Shown piece after piece: positions 37,307-46,132 of a stretch of 64,000 bases of DNA. The stretch covers positions 531,338 through 595,337 of the forward strand of contig JBAZXR010000001.1 of the NCBI GenBank assembly GCA_041659765.1. The letters are read 5' to 3'. Every line of letters begins with the position of its first letter. Position 1 is the first letter of the stretch. Position numbers and translations under genes: made by a program. Origin of the DNA: Patescibacteria group bacterium (GTDB lineage Bacteria > Patescibacteriota > Patescibacteriia > UBA9934). The notes under the pieces were generated by a model. The model did not search any database and had not been told where the DNA came from. It worked only from the letters and a program-made list of their open reading frames with translations.

Positions 37307-37696
37307 ATGCGCCCACGCGACATCAGATTAAAATCCCCACACACCCGCGCGCTTGTTCCCTGGCTATTTTTCTCGTTCGCCTCGGCTTTATTAATTGGAA
37401 ACTACTTTCATTTTTCGTGGTTGCTTGCACTTTTTATCGGTCTCAACATCGGCGCCTTCCTGTTGTACGGTCTCGACAAAATGATTGCCGGCACCGGAAG
37501 CCAACGCATCCCCGAGCGTATTCTTTGGCTCTCAGCATTTCTTGGCGGATCGATCGGCGCCGTTACTGGCATGTATTTATTTCGCCATAAAACAAAGAAG
37601 ACGAGTTTTCAGCTCGTCCTCGCCATCCTTGTCCTTGTCCAAATTGCGCTAGTAGTTCTGTATCTCAAATATCACACGTCCATTCTTACCCAGTAA
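37307..37696 (+). CDS. DUF1294 membrane protein
   Basis: DK..A..RIPE..L..GG..G..FRHKT.K motif. Confidence 0.9.
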   Translation: MRPRDIRLKSPHTRALVPWLFFSFASALLIGNYFHFSWLLALFIGLNIGAFLLYGLDKMIAGTGSQRIPERILWLSAFLGGSIGAVTGMYLFRHKTKKTSFQLVLAILVLVQIALVVLYLKYHTSILTQ

Positions 37697-38734
37697 CTAT
37701 TCCTCCCATGGCACCCCCTCTCGGCCGAACATGCCGTATGTGGCACATGACGTATAAAAAGGGCGGCGCAAGTTAAAGCGTTCGACAATTGCTTCTGGAC
37801 GAAAGTCGAAGCGGTCTTTGACGACCTGGGAAAGGTCTGTTCCGTCACCCGCACGAGCCGACAATAAAACTGGGTCAGCGAGACCCACGGCGTAAACGGC
37901 GTGAACGAGGACGTTGCTCGCTAAACCTTCTTTGACTAGCTCGCGCGCGGCGTAACGGGACATGTAGGTGCCGGCGCGGGCGGGCTTGAGCGGATCTTTG
38001 CCGGCGAGCGCAACTCCCCCGTGCGGAAGAAGTCCACCATATGCGTCAGCGAGAATTTTTCTGCCAGATACGCCGGCGTTCAATGCAAAACCACCGTTCG
38101 TAAACGGACCGCTCGGGTTAATAAATAATTTTACTCCTTCGACGTTTCCAAGAACCGGAGCGACAGCATGCTCGAGCAACAGCGACTGCACCTGCGACAC
38201 ATCCATGTTCGCGTCGTGCTCGGCGATCACGGTTACATGCTCGACGCTCTTGCCGTCCATGACTAACTGAATCTTCCCGTCGGGCTTGAGCCAAGAAAAT
38301 CGAGGATCGGTTTGTCTGAGGTCGTCGATGCGTCGCGCGAGTGCGTGAACAAGAACAACAGGCAACGGCAAAAGTTCGCGCGTTTCTTTTGTTGCGTATC
38401 CGTAAATGATCGCCGTCCCCTGTGCTCCCCCGCCACGCTGACGTGGGACATCGCCGACGCCGTTCACCGACGGCTTTTCAATGTTCACAAAAAATTCGAG
38501 CGAGTCTGTATAGCCAATCCCGCCGTACGCTTTGCGCGCAACTTCCGCCACATCGAAATCGGCTTTCGAATCTGCCACGCCGCCCATCATCACCATACCG
38601 TTACTGCCGAGCGCCTGAATGTCGAGCTTGCTCAAGGGATCACGACGCAAATACTCGTCCACAATAGACTCAACCAAAATATCGCAGATTTTATCCGGAT
38701 GTCCGGACAGTGGCGCTTCGACTGCTTTGAACAT
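37697..38734 (-). CDS. metK: Divergent S-adenosylmethionine synthetase homolog
   Basis: GHPDK, PDGK, GRKI and GKD motifs; several active-site residues substituted. Confidence 0.8.
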   Translation of the reverse strand: MFKAVEAPLSGHPDKICDILVESIVDEYLRRDPLSKLDIQALGSNGMVMMGGVADSKADFDVAEVARKAYGGIGYTDSLEFFVNIEKPSVNGVGDVPRQRGGGAQGTAIIYGYATKETRELLPLPVVLVHALARRIDDLRQTDPRFSWLKPDGKIQLVMDGKSVEHVTVIAEHDANMDVSQVQSLLLEHAVAPVLGNVEGVKLFINPSGPFTNGGFALNAGVSGRKILADAYGGLLPHGGVALAGKDPLKPARAGTYMSRYAARELVKEGLASNVLVHAVYAVGLADPVLLSARAGDGTDLSQVVKDRFDFRPEAIVERFNLRRPFYTSCATYGMFGREGVPWEE

Positions 38735-38788
38735 AAGTGACCTGAGTTTAAAGAGTAAAGCGTAAAGAGTAAAGAACGGAAGTGAACA

Positions 38789-38817
38789 TTGACTTCCTAC
38801 CCGTCTTCTGACATGAT
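38789..38817 (+). promoter_or_regulatory. sigma70 promoter of cassette B
   Basis: TTGACT-N17-CATGAT with extended TG. Confidence 0.55.
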
Positions 38818-38861
38818 TATTCGTTACTCGTTCCCTCAAAACTCGCCCTTTGGAGACGCTC

Positions 38862-39341
38862 GTGGACACCGCAGTCACCATCAAAATTTACGACAAAACC
38901 ATCGATCTCCCAGATATCAAGCTATCCGACATACCACTCGAGAAACTTGTCGCGCTCCTCGAGCAGACATCGCACGTGACGTTCACCGTGCGTTCGACAC
39001 CGAAAGCCGTGAAGATCGTACAAGAGCTCGCCCACCTGAACGGAATGTCTAACCTGTCTCACAAGCAGCTCCTAACTCTCGCATCGCCGATCGAGCAACT
39101 ATCGCTCGACACTCGTTGCAAGACCAGCCTCATCATCGACGCGGAACCGCCCCATCTGCTCCAGCTAGAGTTCATCTGGGAACTGTGCGAAAAGACGGAA
39201 TCGGAAGTCAGGCGGATCAAACGTATCGGCGCGAAATCCCTCACCCGCATCGTGGAATCCCTGGCAAAACAGAATCTTACGCTGGGCATGAAAGATGAGA
39301 TCGGCAAGATCAGGCATCTCCTCCCGAAGCGCGAACCGTGA
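38862..39341 (+). CDS. Protein with a free-standing RNA polymerase alpha-CTD-like domain
   Basis: PIEQLSLDTR...KTESEV..IGAKSL..I..L....LTLGM; GTG start after GGAGA. Confidence 0.8.
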   Translation: MDTAVTIKIYDKTIDLPDIKLSDIPLEKLVALLEQTSHVTFTVRSTPKAVKIVQELAHLNGMSNLSHKQLLTLASPIEQLSLDTRCKTSLIIDAEPPHLLQLEFIWELCEKTESEVRRIKRIGAKSLTRIVESLAKQNLTLGMKDEIGKIRHLLPKREP

Positions 39342-39357
39342 TTTAACCACCGCAACC

Positions 39358-39418
39358 CGCCCCGCACCTCTCGCCAGCTCGAAGCTGGAACGATTGAGAG
39401 CGCGGGGTGTTTATTTTT
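39358..39418 (+). terminator. Conserved bulged 3' stem-loop, copy B
   Basis: CGCCCCGC-CTCTCG-CCAGC/GCTGG-AACGATT-GAGAG-GCGGGGTG-TTTATTTTT. Confidence 0.75.
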
Positions 39419-39419
39419 G

Positions 39420-39448
39420 TTGACTTTTTAGCTGACATTTGCTACAAT
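39420..39448 (+). promoter_or_regulatory. sigma70 promoter of cassette C
   Basis: TTGACT-N17-TACAAT with extended TG. Confidence 0.65.
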
Positions 39449-39492
39449 TATCCGTTACTCGTTCTGTTATAACCCTTTGTTTTGGAGGATAC

Positions 39493-40338
39493 ATGCCTGA
39501 AATTACGAAAGAACAGCTGGACCTCATCCGCACACGCTGTAGCTGGCTCCTGACCGCGGTTCGTCAAGGGCAAGTGTCGCCTGAGCTGGCACTCAAGGGA
39601 CTGGAAGAGCTCATTGGCGCGGAGGCCCTCAAGGCCCGCCAAACGCTCCCGAAAAATCCCTACAGAATCTCCGTGAAGGCGGCCATCACGCAGCTACGCA
39701 GAATGAACAAGACGCTCAACCTCGGCTTCTCTGAAGATGAGGTCATTGAGCTCGAAGACACCGCGCCGGCCTGGCCCGATGGAAAGTACATGTTTCGCGT
39801 GATGCGCCCGCGTCTGGACACTGGCGACAACAAAGTCCTCGACACGTTCAACATGCACCTCGCGTGCATCGACAACGTGCGCGGACTGTCCGGAGTGTGG
39901 AAGAAAAAAGACCTCCGTCGGACGGACTTCAAGCTCTCCTTGGCCGGCGGGGACGCTACGCATACGCGCGGGCTCAGCTGGGCCATCATCAATGCGCATG
40001 GACGGCTGCGACTCACTGCGGAAAACAAGATTCCGCCGGAAGCTGCGGCCGACGAAGCCTTGGCGCTCGCCTGGCAATTCCCGAAATACATGACCGAAAA
40101 CGCCGGACTCCGGCACTGGCTCATGGGCTACCAGATGAGTCAGAGACCCTTCGAAGAAAGCGATCTGGCCGCTAGGGAGCCTGGCAACGAAGAACAACAG
40201 CACTTCCTCGCCGTGAGCGTCGGAAAAGTAGGACAGCAAATCCGTCTCAACAACGAATGGACCTACCCTGGCAAACGCGAACAGTACAAGGCACTGAGGT
40301 CAGAGGCCGGCCAATGCTTCCCCGTCATTGCCGGTTAG
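39493..40338 (+). CDS. Hypothetical protein (cassette C)
   Basis: ATG after GGAGG; 281-aa ORF with coding-like GC3. Confidence 0.75.
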   Translation: MPEITKEQLDLIRTRCSWLLTAVRQGQVSPELALKGLEELIGAEALKARQTLPKNPYRISVKAAITQLRRMNKTLNLGFSEDEVIELEDTAPAWPDGKYMFRVMRPRLDTGDNKVLDTFNMHLACIDNVRGLSGVWKKKDLRRTDFKLSLAGGDATHTRGLSWAIINAHGRLRLTAENKIPPEAAADEALALAWQFPKYMTENAGLRHWLMGYQMSQRPFEESDLAAREPGNEEQQHFLAVSVGKVGQQIRLNNEWTYPGKREQYKALRSEAGQCFPVIAG

Positions 40339-40349
40339 ATCACCCAACA

Positions 40350-40408
40350 CGCCCCGCCTTTCTCACCAGCCACTGCTGGAACCATGAGAGTGCGGGGTGT
40401 TTATTTTT
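40350..40408 (+). terminator. Conserved bulged 3' stem-loop, copy C
   Basis: CGCCCCGC-TTCTCA-CCAGC/GCTGG-AACCAT-GAGAG-GCGGGGTG-TTTATTTTT. Confidence 0.75.
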
Positions 40409-40548
40409 GGGCTAAAGTTTGACTATTTACTGGGTATAGTGTATACTTCCGCCTTAGATATTTGTGCCATTTCAGGCACCTCGAACTCCGGTTTTTTGCA
40501 GATTTTGCAGCGAAATCATAGGGGTCCGGGTATCAATCTAATACCCTT

Positions 40549-42096
40549 ATGGTTAATGCCACCGAGGCGCAAAGCGTAAGCTTTGACGATCTCCCTTTGG
40601 CTCCGCAGATGAAAGAAATCTTGCGTAGCTACAAGTTTGTAACGCCTACTCCTATTCAAATCAAAGCCATCCCAGTCGCCATGACTGGTGGTGATGTTAT
40701 TGGCATTGCGCAAACTGGTACCGGTAAGACTCTGGCTTTCGGCTTACCGATGATTGAACGACTCGCCCGCCACAAGGGCCGTGGTCTAGTTATTTTGCCG
40801 ACCCGTGAACTCGCCCTCCAAGTTGAGGAAGAGTTAAACAAACTTGGCAGCAAGCTTGGCATGAAAACTGTGGTCCTGATTGGCGGCGCCAACATGGGCA
40901 AACAAATTCGTGATCTTAAAGCTAAGCCCCACGTTATTGTTTGCACTCCAGGTCGTCTAATTGACCACATGGAGCAAAAGACACTCAGTCTAGCTGACGT
41001 GAAAATTTTAGTACTCGACGAAGCTGACCGCATGCTTGATATGGGTTTTGCTCCGCAGTTGGCGCGCATCATGACGGCCGTTCCTAAGGATCGCCAAACG
41101 CTTTTGTTCTCCGCCACCATGCCGCAAGACATTGTGACTATTGCGAACAAGCATATGAAGACACCGGTGCGCATTGAAGTTGCCCAACAGGGCACAGCTT
41201 CTGAGCGCGTGTCTCAGGAGCTCATCATTGTTCACAAAGCTGAAAAGTTGTCGCTCTTAAAAACTATCTTGAGCGAATACAAGGGAACCATCTTGGTCTT
41301 CTCTCGTACTAAGCACGGCGCCAAGAAAATTTGTGCTGCTGTGAAAGTTATGGGCCACACGTCGGCTGAACTGCACGCGAATAAATCCTTGAGCCAACGC
41401 CGCGAAGCACTTGAAGGCTTCAAGATTGGCCGCTATCGCGTCTTGATCGCTACGGATATTGCTGCTCGTGGAATTGACGTTAAGGGCATTGAGCTCGTCA
41501 TTAACTATGACTTGCCAGATGCTTCTGAAGACTACGTCCACCGCATTGGCCGCACCGGCCGTGCTGGTAAAGAAGGCAAGGCAATTTCTTTTGCTACACC
41601 TGATCAAACTACGGATGTTCGCTCTATTGAACGCTTGATCCGCATGAAGTTGCCAGTCAGCAAGCGCACAGGCCTGACGCGCATTGAATTCCCAGCGGGA
41701 TCTGATGACCGTTACCCATCCCACGGTGCGCGCCCATTCTCTGGACCACGCGCCGGCTCTGGCTCTTCAGCCATCAAGCCTTACAGCAAGTACCGCGCTC
41801 AGGGTTCTTCTTCCTCACGCCCAGCTGCTCGCACACCATACGTAGGCAAGTCTTACCCGGTGCCAGCGCCAAGTGCGTTTGGTGCCCCTAAAGTAGCGAG
41901 CACGAGCGAATACTCGACACCAGCTCCTCGCCCCGCAACAAGCTCTCGCCCTCCCTTCAAAAAGGACGGCTTCAAGGGTCGCAGCGGTGCTAAGGGCAAG
42001 GCTCGCGGTTTCCGCAAGTACGAACCAGCCGAACGTTTTGACAAAGACGATTCCGCACCCGCGACCGGTCAGTACTCGTTCAAAACAACGATCTAA
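40549..42096 (+). CDS. DEAD-box RNA helicase (RhlE-like)
   Basis: AQTGTGKT, DEAD, SAT and HRIGRTGR motifs. Confidence 0.95.
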   Translation: MVNATEAQSVSFDDLPLAPQMKEILRSYKFVTPTPIQIKAIPVAMTGGDVIGIAQTGTGKTLAFGLPMIERLARHKGRGLVILPTRELALQVEEELNKLGSKLGMKTVVLIGGANMGKQIRDLKAKPHVIVCTPGRLIDHMEQKTLSLADVKILVLDEADRMLDMGFAPQLARIMTAVPKDRQTLLFSATMPQDIVTIANKHMKTPVRIEVAQQGTASERVSQELIIVHKAEKLSLLKTILSEYKGTILVFSRTKHGAKKICAAVKVMGHTSAELHANKSLSQRREALEGFKIGRYRVLIATDIAARGIDVKGIELVINYDLPDASEDYVHRIGRTGRAGKEGKAISFATPDQTTDVRSIERLIRMKLPVSKRTGLTRIEFPAGSDDRYPSHGARPFSGPRAGSGSSAIKPYSKYRAQGSSSSRPAARTPYVGKSYPVPAPSAFGAPKVASTSEYSTPAPRPATSSRPPFKKDGFKGRSGAKGKARGFRKYEPAERFDKDDSAPATGQYSFKTTI

Positions 42097-42098
42097 TG

Positions 42099-42124
42099 AA
42101 AAGCGCCTCGCAAGAGGCGCTTTT
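42099..42124 (+). terminator. Intrinsic terminator
   Basis: AAAAGCGCCTC-GCAA-GAGGCGCTTTT. Confidence 0.85.
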
Positions 42125-42199
42125 CTATTTCATTGACATTTTGCTCTCTTTCCGCTAGAATAATCAGTCGACCTTCATCCCGTCGGCACAGGAGGACGT

Positions 42200-42601
42200 T
42201 TGAAAAACTGGATTGAACTTTATATTGCGTGGTACGGCCGCGACCCACATGACGATCATGATCGTTGTCGCGGTCAGGAGACGCTGAACTTCTACGCGGA
42301 GCCGCTTCCGTTTCACGAGCGTACGCTCGACCGCATCCGTCATCTGGCGATGATCGACTTCGACTTCGGTGAAAACCCCCTCCACGCTGACGAACCCCCG
42401 GACGAGGAGCGCGTCATTATCCAGGAAATTGCCTTCCGCGTCGTCGGCAGCGAACTGCCCACACCGAACGGAGACACCAGCATCCCGGAGGCCTACGTCG
42501 AGGCGCTTCTATATCTGCGGAATACCTGCCACGAAAAACTGCAGATGATGATCGATGATACGATCTGGTGGCTCTTACACACCTATCGGATCGGCAACTG
42601 A
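42200..42601 (+). CDS. Acidic hypothetical protein (cassette D)
   Basis: TTGACA-N17-TAGAAT promoter, GGAGG, TTG start and 3' hairpin. Confidence 0.65.
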   Translation: MKNWIELYIAWYGRDPHDDHDRCRGQETLNFYAEPLPFHERTLDRIRHLAMIDFDFGENPLHADEPPDEERVIIQEIAFRVVGSELPTPNGDTSIPEAYVEALLYLRNTCHEKLQMMIDDTIWWLLHTYRIGN

Positions 42602-42808
42602 TCCCGCCCCGCGACCATGTCGTGCGGGCGGATTCTTTTTTATCCACACCTCGATTACGTGTGGCTCGGAAACGTGGTGCAATAGAAGGGTAAGAAATCA
42701 AACTCCCCATTAACTTGGCGGGGTTTATTTTTTTGAAAAATCTTAATAAACGGAGGGCCTATGTGAACAAATAACGGTGCGGTATACTTTATTCAATAAC
42801 TGTTTTCT

Positions 42809-43069
42809 ATGAACGAACAGAAATTCAGGGAATCGCTCACGCAGGACTTCAAGGGAATCCTCATACAGGCACTTACCGACCAATCTCGCGATATGCGCGA
42901 TTACACAGATGAACGGGTCGCGGTGTCCGAAGCTCGTCTCGAAAAAAGAATCGACGAATCGGAAAATAGAATTCTTGACGCAATCGCCGAAACACAAGAT
43001 ATGTTCATCAAGCCCAAACTTGAGGATCATGAACGACGCCTCCTGAAACTAGAAGCAAAAATTGCCTAA
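42809..43069 (+). CDS. Small coiled-coil hypothetical protein
   Basis: ATG ORF ending DHERRLLKLE, followed by a terminator. Confidence 0.65.
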   Translation: MNEQKFRESLTQDFKGILIQALTDQSRDMRDYTDERVAVSEARLEKRIDESENRILDAIAETQDMFIKPKLEDHERRLLKLEAKIA

Positions 43070-43107
43070 CAGAAAACCCGCCGTCCCCAAGGGACAGGCG
43101 GGTTTTT

Positions 43108-43623
43108 CTATTTAATCTTGAACGAGTCAAAGATCGACGAGATATCTTTCATCGGCTCTGCATAAACGTCCTGTCGGCCATCATACAAATACGACCATTC
43201 CTGACTATTCCTGGTGACTACTCCGCCGTAAAAAGCGCTTAAGGAGTTCTGACCGAGGAACGTATCCTCTGCGGGAATTGATTTGTGACCTTTATACTTA
43301 AGATCAACTTTTATCACGGCAAAAAGTGGCACCATGTCTGCCCCAAAACCAAAAGTTCTAACTTTTCCCGGCACATCAAAATCTGGTGGTCCGCTCTCGC
43401 CTACGTATCCACCAAAATCCTCGACGCTCTCCACACCAAACCAGCTATTGGGAAAGGTTAACGAATAACTCAGATCTCCCGTATATTCAAACGTGACCGG
43501 GCCTAACTCTGACTCGTCTGCCGGCATGGAGGTTTCTGTACTTGGCGACGGAGCGGTCGGTGAATTAGTGCAGCCCGCACCGAGAAGCGAGAGTACGAAG
43601 AGAGAAAAATAAATCTTTTTCAT
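43108..43623 (-). CDS. Exported/lipoprotein-like hypothetical protein (GAGC motif)
   Basis: MKKIYFSLFVLSLLGAGC. Confidence 0.75.
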   Translation of the reverse strand: MKKIYFSLFVLSLLGAGCTNSPTAPSPSTETSMPADESELGPVTFEYTGDLSYSLTFPNSWFGVESVEDFGGYVGESGPPDFDVPGKVRTFGFGADMVPLFAVIKVDLKYKGHKSIPAEDTFLGQNSLSAFYGGVVTRNSQEWSYLYDGRQDVYAEPMKDISSIFDSFKIK

Positions 43624-43679
43624 ATGCAAAGATGGTAGCACGACCAAGAGACGACAACTTATCCCCACGAACTTCTTGC

Positions 43680-43719
43680 GTTCGGTTCCTGTTCGGCTAT
43701 GATCAAGACAAGACCGAAC
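43680..43719 (+). promoter_or_regulatory. Candidate LexA operator
   Basis: GTTCGG-N5-GTTCGG between TTGCGT and TATGAT, plus an inverted CCGAAC. Confidence 0.6.
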
Positions 43720-43737
43720 GTAATACAGACATAAACT

Positions 43738-44358
43738 ATGACCTCACTTCCCCCGCTGACCAAGAAGCAACGCGAAGTACTAGATTGCATTGAAGCTTTC
43801 GTACGGAAAAACAGCTACACGCCGTCGTACCGAGAGATCGCCGAGGAATTAGGTCTATCGTCCCCCGCCACGGTACATCAGCACATTCGCGCGCTGTGCG
43901 ATAAAGGCGTGATCAACACAGGAGAACATGGCATTGCGAGATCAATTGAAGTAGTCGAGACCGAACCATTGTCCCCAATGGCGATCATGCTGCCGCTCGC
44001 CGGACTCATCACCGCTGGCGAGCCGATCGAAGCCATAGAGACTCGAGAGACTATCTGCGTGCCGACAGACTTTGTACTGGATTCAATGAACTCGTATGTG
44101 CTCAAGGTCAAAGGCAGATCGATGATCGAGGATGGCATCTTTGACGGAGACTTTGTGGTCATTGAACGGAATCCTTCGCCAAAAAATGGAGACATCGTTG
44201 TAGCCTTGCTCGATAACGCTTTTGCCACACTCAAAAGATTCTACCGAGAAAAAGACCACATCCGCCTGCAGCCAGCCAACAGCACCATGAAGCCATTCAT
44301 CATCAAAGGTGACCTTAACATTCAGGGAGTCGTCCGCGCAGTACTGAGAAAGTTCTAA
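43738..44358 (+). CDS. lexA: LexA repressor
   Basis: wHTH, AG cleavage site, G.SM and TLKR motifs. Confidence 0.95.
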   Translation: MTSLPPLTKKQREVLDCIEAFVRKNSYTPSYREIAEELGLSSPATVHQHIRALCDKGVINTGEHGIARSIEVVETEPLSPMAIMLPLAGLITAGEPIEAIETRETICVPTDFVLDSMNSYVLKVKGRSMIEDGIFDGDFVVIERNPSPKNGDIVVALLDNAFATLKRFYREKDHIRLQPANSTMKPFIIKGDLNIQGVVRAVLRKF

Positions 44359-44399
44359 TTCTACAACTTTATAACTTTACAACTCTAGAACTCCTCACT

Positions 44400-44591
44400 A
44401 TGTCCATATTAGCTCTTCGCCACATTCAAGTGGCGCCTGATTATCGCGTCTCAGTGGTGACTGTTCGTGACCGAAACAAACGCATTTCAAAACTCCGCAT
44501 TCATCGCCGTAAGATCAAACAACATTTCAGAACAATCCTAGCTCAGCTTTCTCTACCGAGAACGATCCATCTTCGTTACAAGCTTCGATAA
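44400..44591 (+). CDS. Small basic hypothetical protein
   Basis: ATG ORF filling the gap in the lexA operon. Confidence 0.35.
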   Translation: MSILALRHIQVAPDYRVSVVTVRDRNKRISKLRIHRRKIKQHFRTILAQLSLPRTIHLRYKLR

Positions 44592-44609
44592 TTCCTAAAG
44601 GAGGACCAT

Positions 44610-44855
44610 ATGCACGAATATCTCAATGACCCAGTTGACGTAGACGTAGCGTTTGCGGGACGGAAAGTGCGACCAAGCAAAGTCACTTGGGGCAAGCGAG
44701 AGTATGCAGTTAATAAAGTAAATTTAGTTCACGGCGCTCGTGAGGGAGCAAAGCGGATATTCTATTTCTCCGTTTCGGACGCCGTTAACTTCATGAAGCT
44801 GAGACTTGATACAGAAACTTTAGAGTGGAGGCTGGTTGAGATGTATTCGTCGTAA
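44610..44855 (+). CDS. Small beta-rich hypothetical protein upstream of dinB
   Basis: Strong SD (AAGGAGG); stop 2 bp before the dinB start. Confidence 0.7.
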   Translation: MHEYLNDPVDVDVAFAGRKVRPSKVTWGKREYAVNKVNLVHGAREGAKRIFYFSVSDAVNFMKLRLDTETLEWRLVEMYSS

Positions 44856-44857
44856 GT

Positions 44858-46132
44858 ATGCGTATCATCCTGCACGTCGACTTCAATTCATTCTTTGCGT
44901 CAGTCGAGCAGCAGGCCAACCCCTTTCTTCGAGGGAAACCGATTGCGGTTGCGGGAAAGGGACGGGAATCGATTGATGTGTCAGCGACTCATGCGGGACG
45001 GGCGAGGGTCGACATCGGGCAACTGAGATACACGAGAAGCGTGGTCACTACTGCCTCGCGCGAGGCGAAGAAACGGGGAGTTAAGACAGCCATGGCTACT
45101 TGGGAAGCCAGAAAGCTGTGCCCCGAACTTATCATCATTCCAGGCGATCCGCACAAATACAGTGTGATCACCGCACGACTGATGAAACTTCTTCGCTTAA
45201 CCGCCGACGCGGTAGAACAGTTCAGTACGGACGAGGCCTTTGCTGACATTACCGCAGCGAGCGGCGGGGACTACTTTGGCGCAACATTACTCGCCGAGCA
45301 GCTGCGATCCGATATTCGTCGAGATTGCGGCGAGTACTGCACGGCTTCAATTGGCATCGCACCAAATCGCCTAATAGCCAAACTAGCTTCTGAATCCCAT
45401 AAGCCGGATGGCCTCACGGTTGTCCGGCCAGAAGCCGTTCTTGATTTTATTGACTCACGTCCGCTTGGGGACTTTTGTGGCATTGGTTTTAAAATCGAAA
45501 AACATCTAAACATGCTCGGCGCGACTACCACAAAAACAATGCGCGAGCTTTCTTACGCCCAACTCCGTACCGAATTCAAAAGTTACGGTGATTTTTTGTA
45601 CGCCGCCGCTCGAGGCCTGGGCGATGATTCAGTTTTCAACGACACCGACGATCCTAAGTCCGTCGGTCACTCTTACACCTTCCCCACCAGCCTAGACAAT
45701 GACCGGGACGTCCGCCGGCATCTCCTCGCCCTCGCTGACCGGGTTTCCTGGCGCATGCGCAAACAAGGACTAGCTGGCACGCATGTCACCACCTACGCGA
45801 GATATGATGACATGGGCGGCGTGGGCTTTGGCAAACAATTTAAGGAACCAATGTTCGATGGGCTCGCTATTGCTAATACAGCGCTATCAATTCTGCTCCC
45901 AAACCTTTCAATCCCCCGAGGCATCAGGCTCCTCGGCGTCAGCGTAAGCGGACTCGTCAAGCTGGCCGGAGCCAACCCCCTCCTTCCAAGGGACATCAAA
46001 AACCGAAACGCGCTCATCTCGCTCGATAAAATATCGACTAAATATGGAGGTGGCACCTGGCAACGACTCTCAACCCTCGGCACTGTCTTCAAAGAACGCG
46101 TTAGCGGATGGCACTATGACCATGAAGTCTAA
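44858..46132 (+). CDS. dinB: Y-family DNA polymerase IV
   Basis: HVD.NSFFASVE, STDEAF and SIGIA.N...AKLAS motifs. Confidence 0.93.
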   Translation: MRIILHVDFNSFFASVEQQANPFLRGKPIAVAGKGRESIDVSATHAGRARVDIGQLRYTRSVVTTASREAKKRGVKTAMATWEARKLCPELIIIPGDPHKYSVITARLMKLLRLTADAVEQFSTDEAFADITAASGGDYFGATLLAEQLRSDIRRDCGEYCTASIGIAPNRLIAKLASESHKPDGLTVVRPEAVLDFIDSRPLGDFCGIGFKIEKHLNMLGATTTKTMRELSYAQLRTEFKSYGDFLYAAARGLGDDSVFNDTDDPKSVGHSYTFPTSLDNDRDVRRHLLALADRVSWRMRKQGLAGTHVTTYARYDDMGGVGFGKQFKEPMFDGLAIANTALSILLPNLSIPRGIRLLGVSVSGLVKLAGANPLLPRDIKNRNALISLDKISTKYGGGTWQRLSTLGTVFKERVSGWHYDHEV

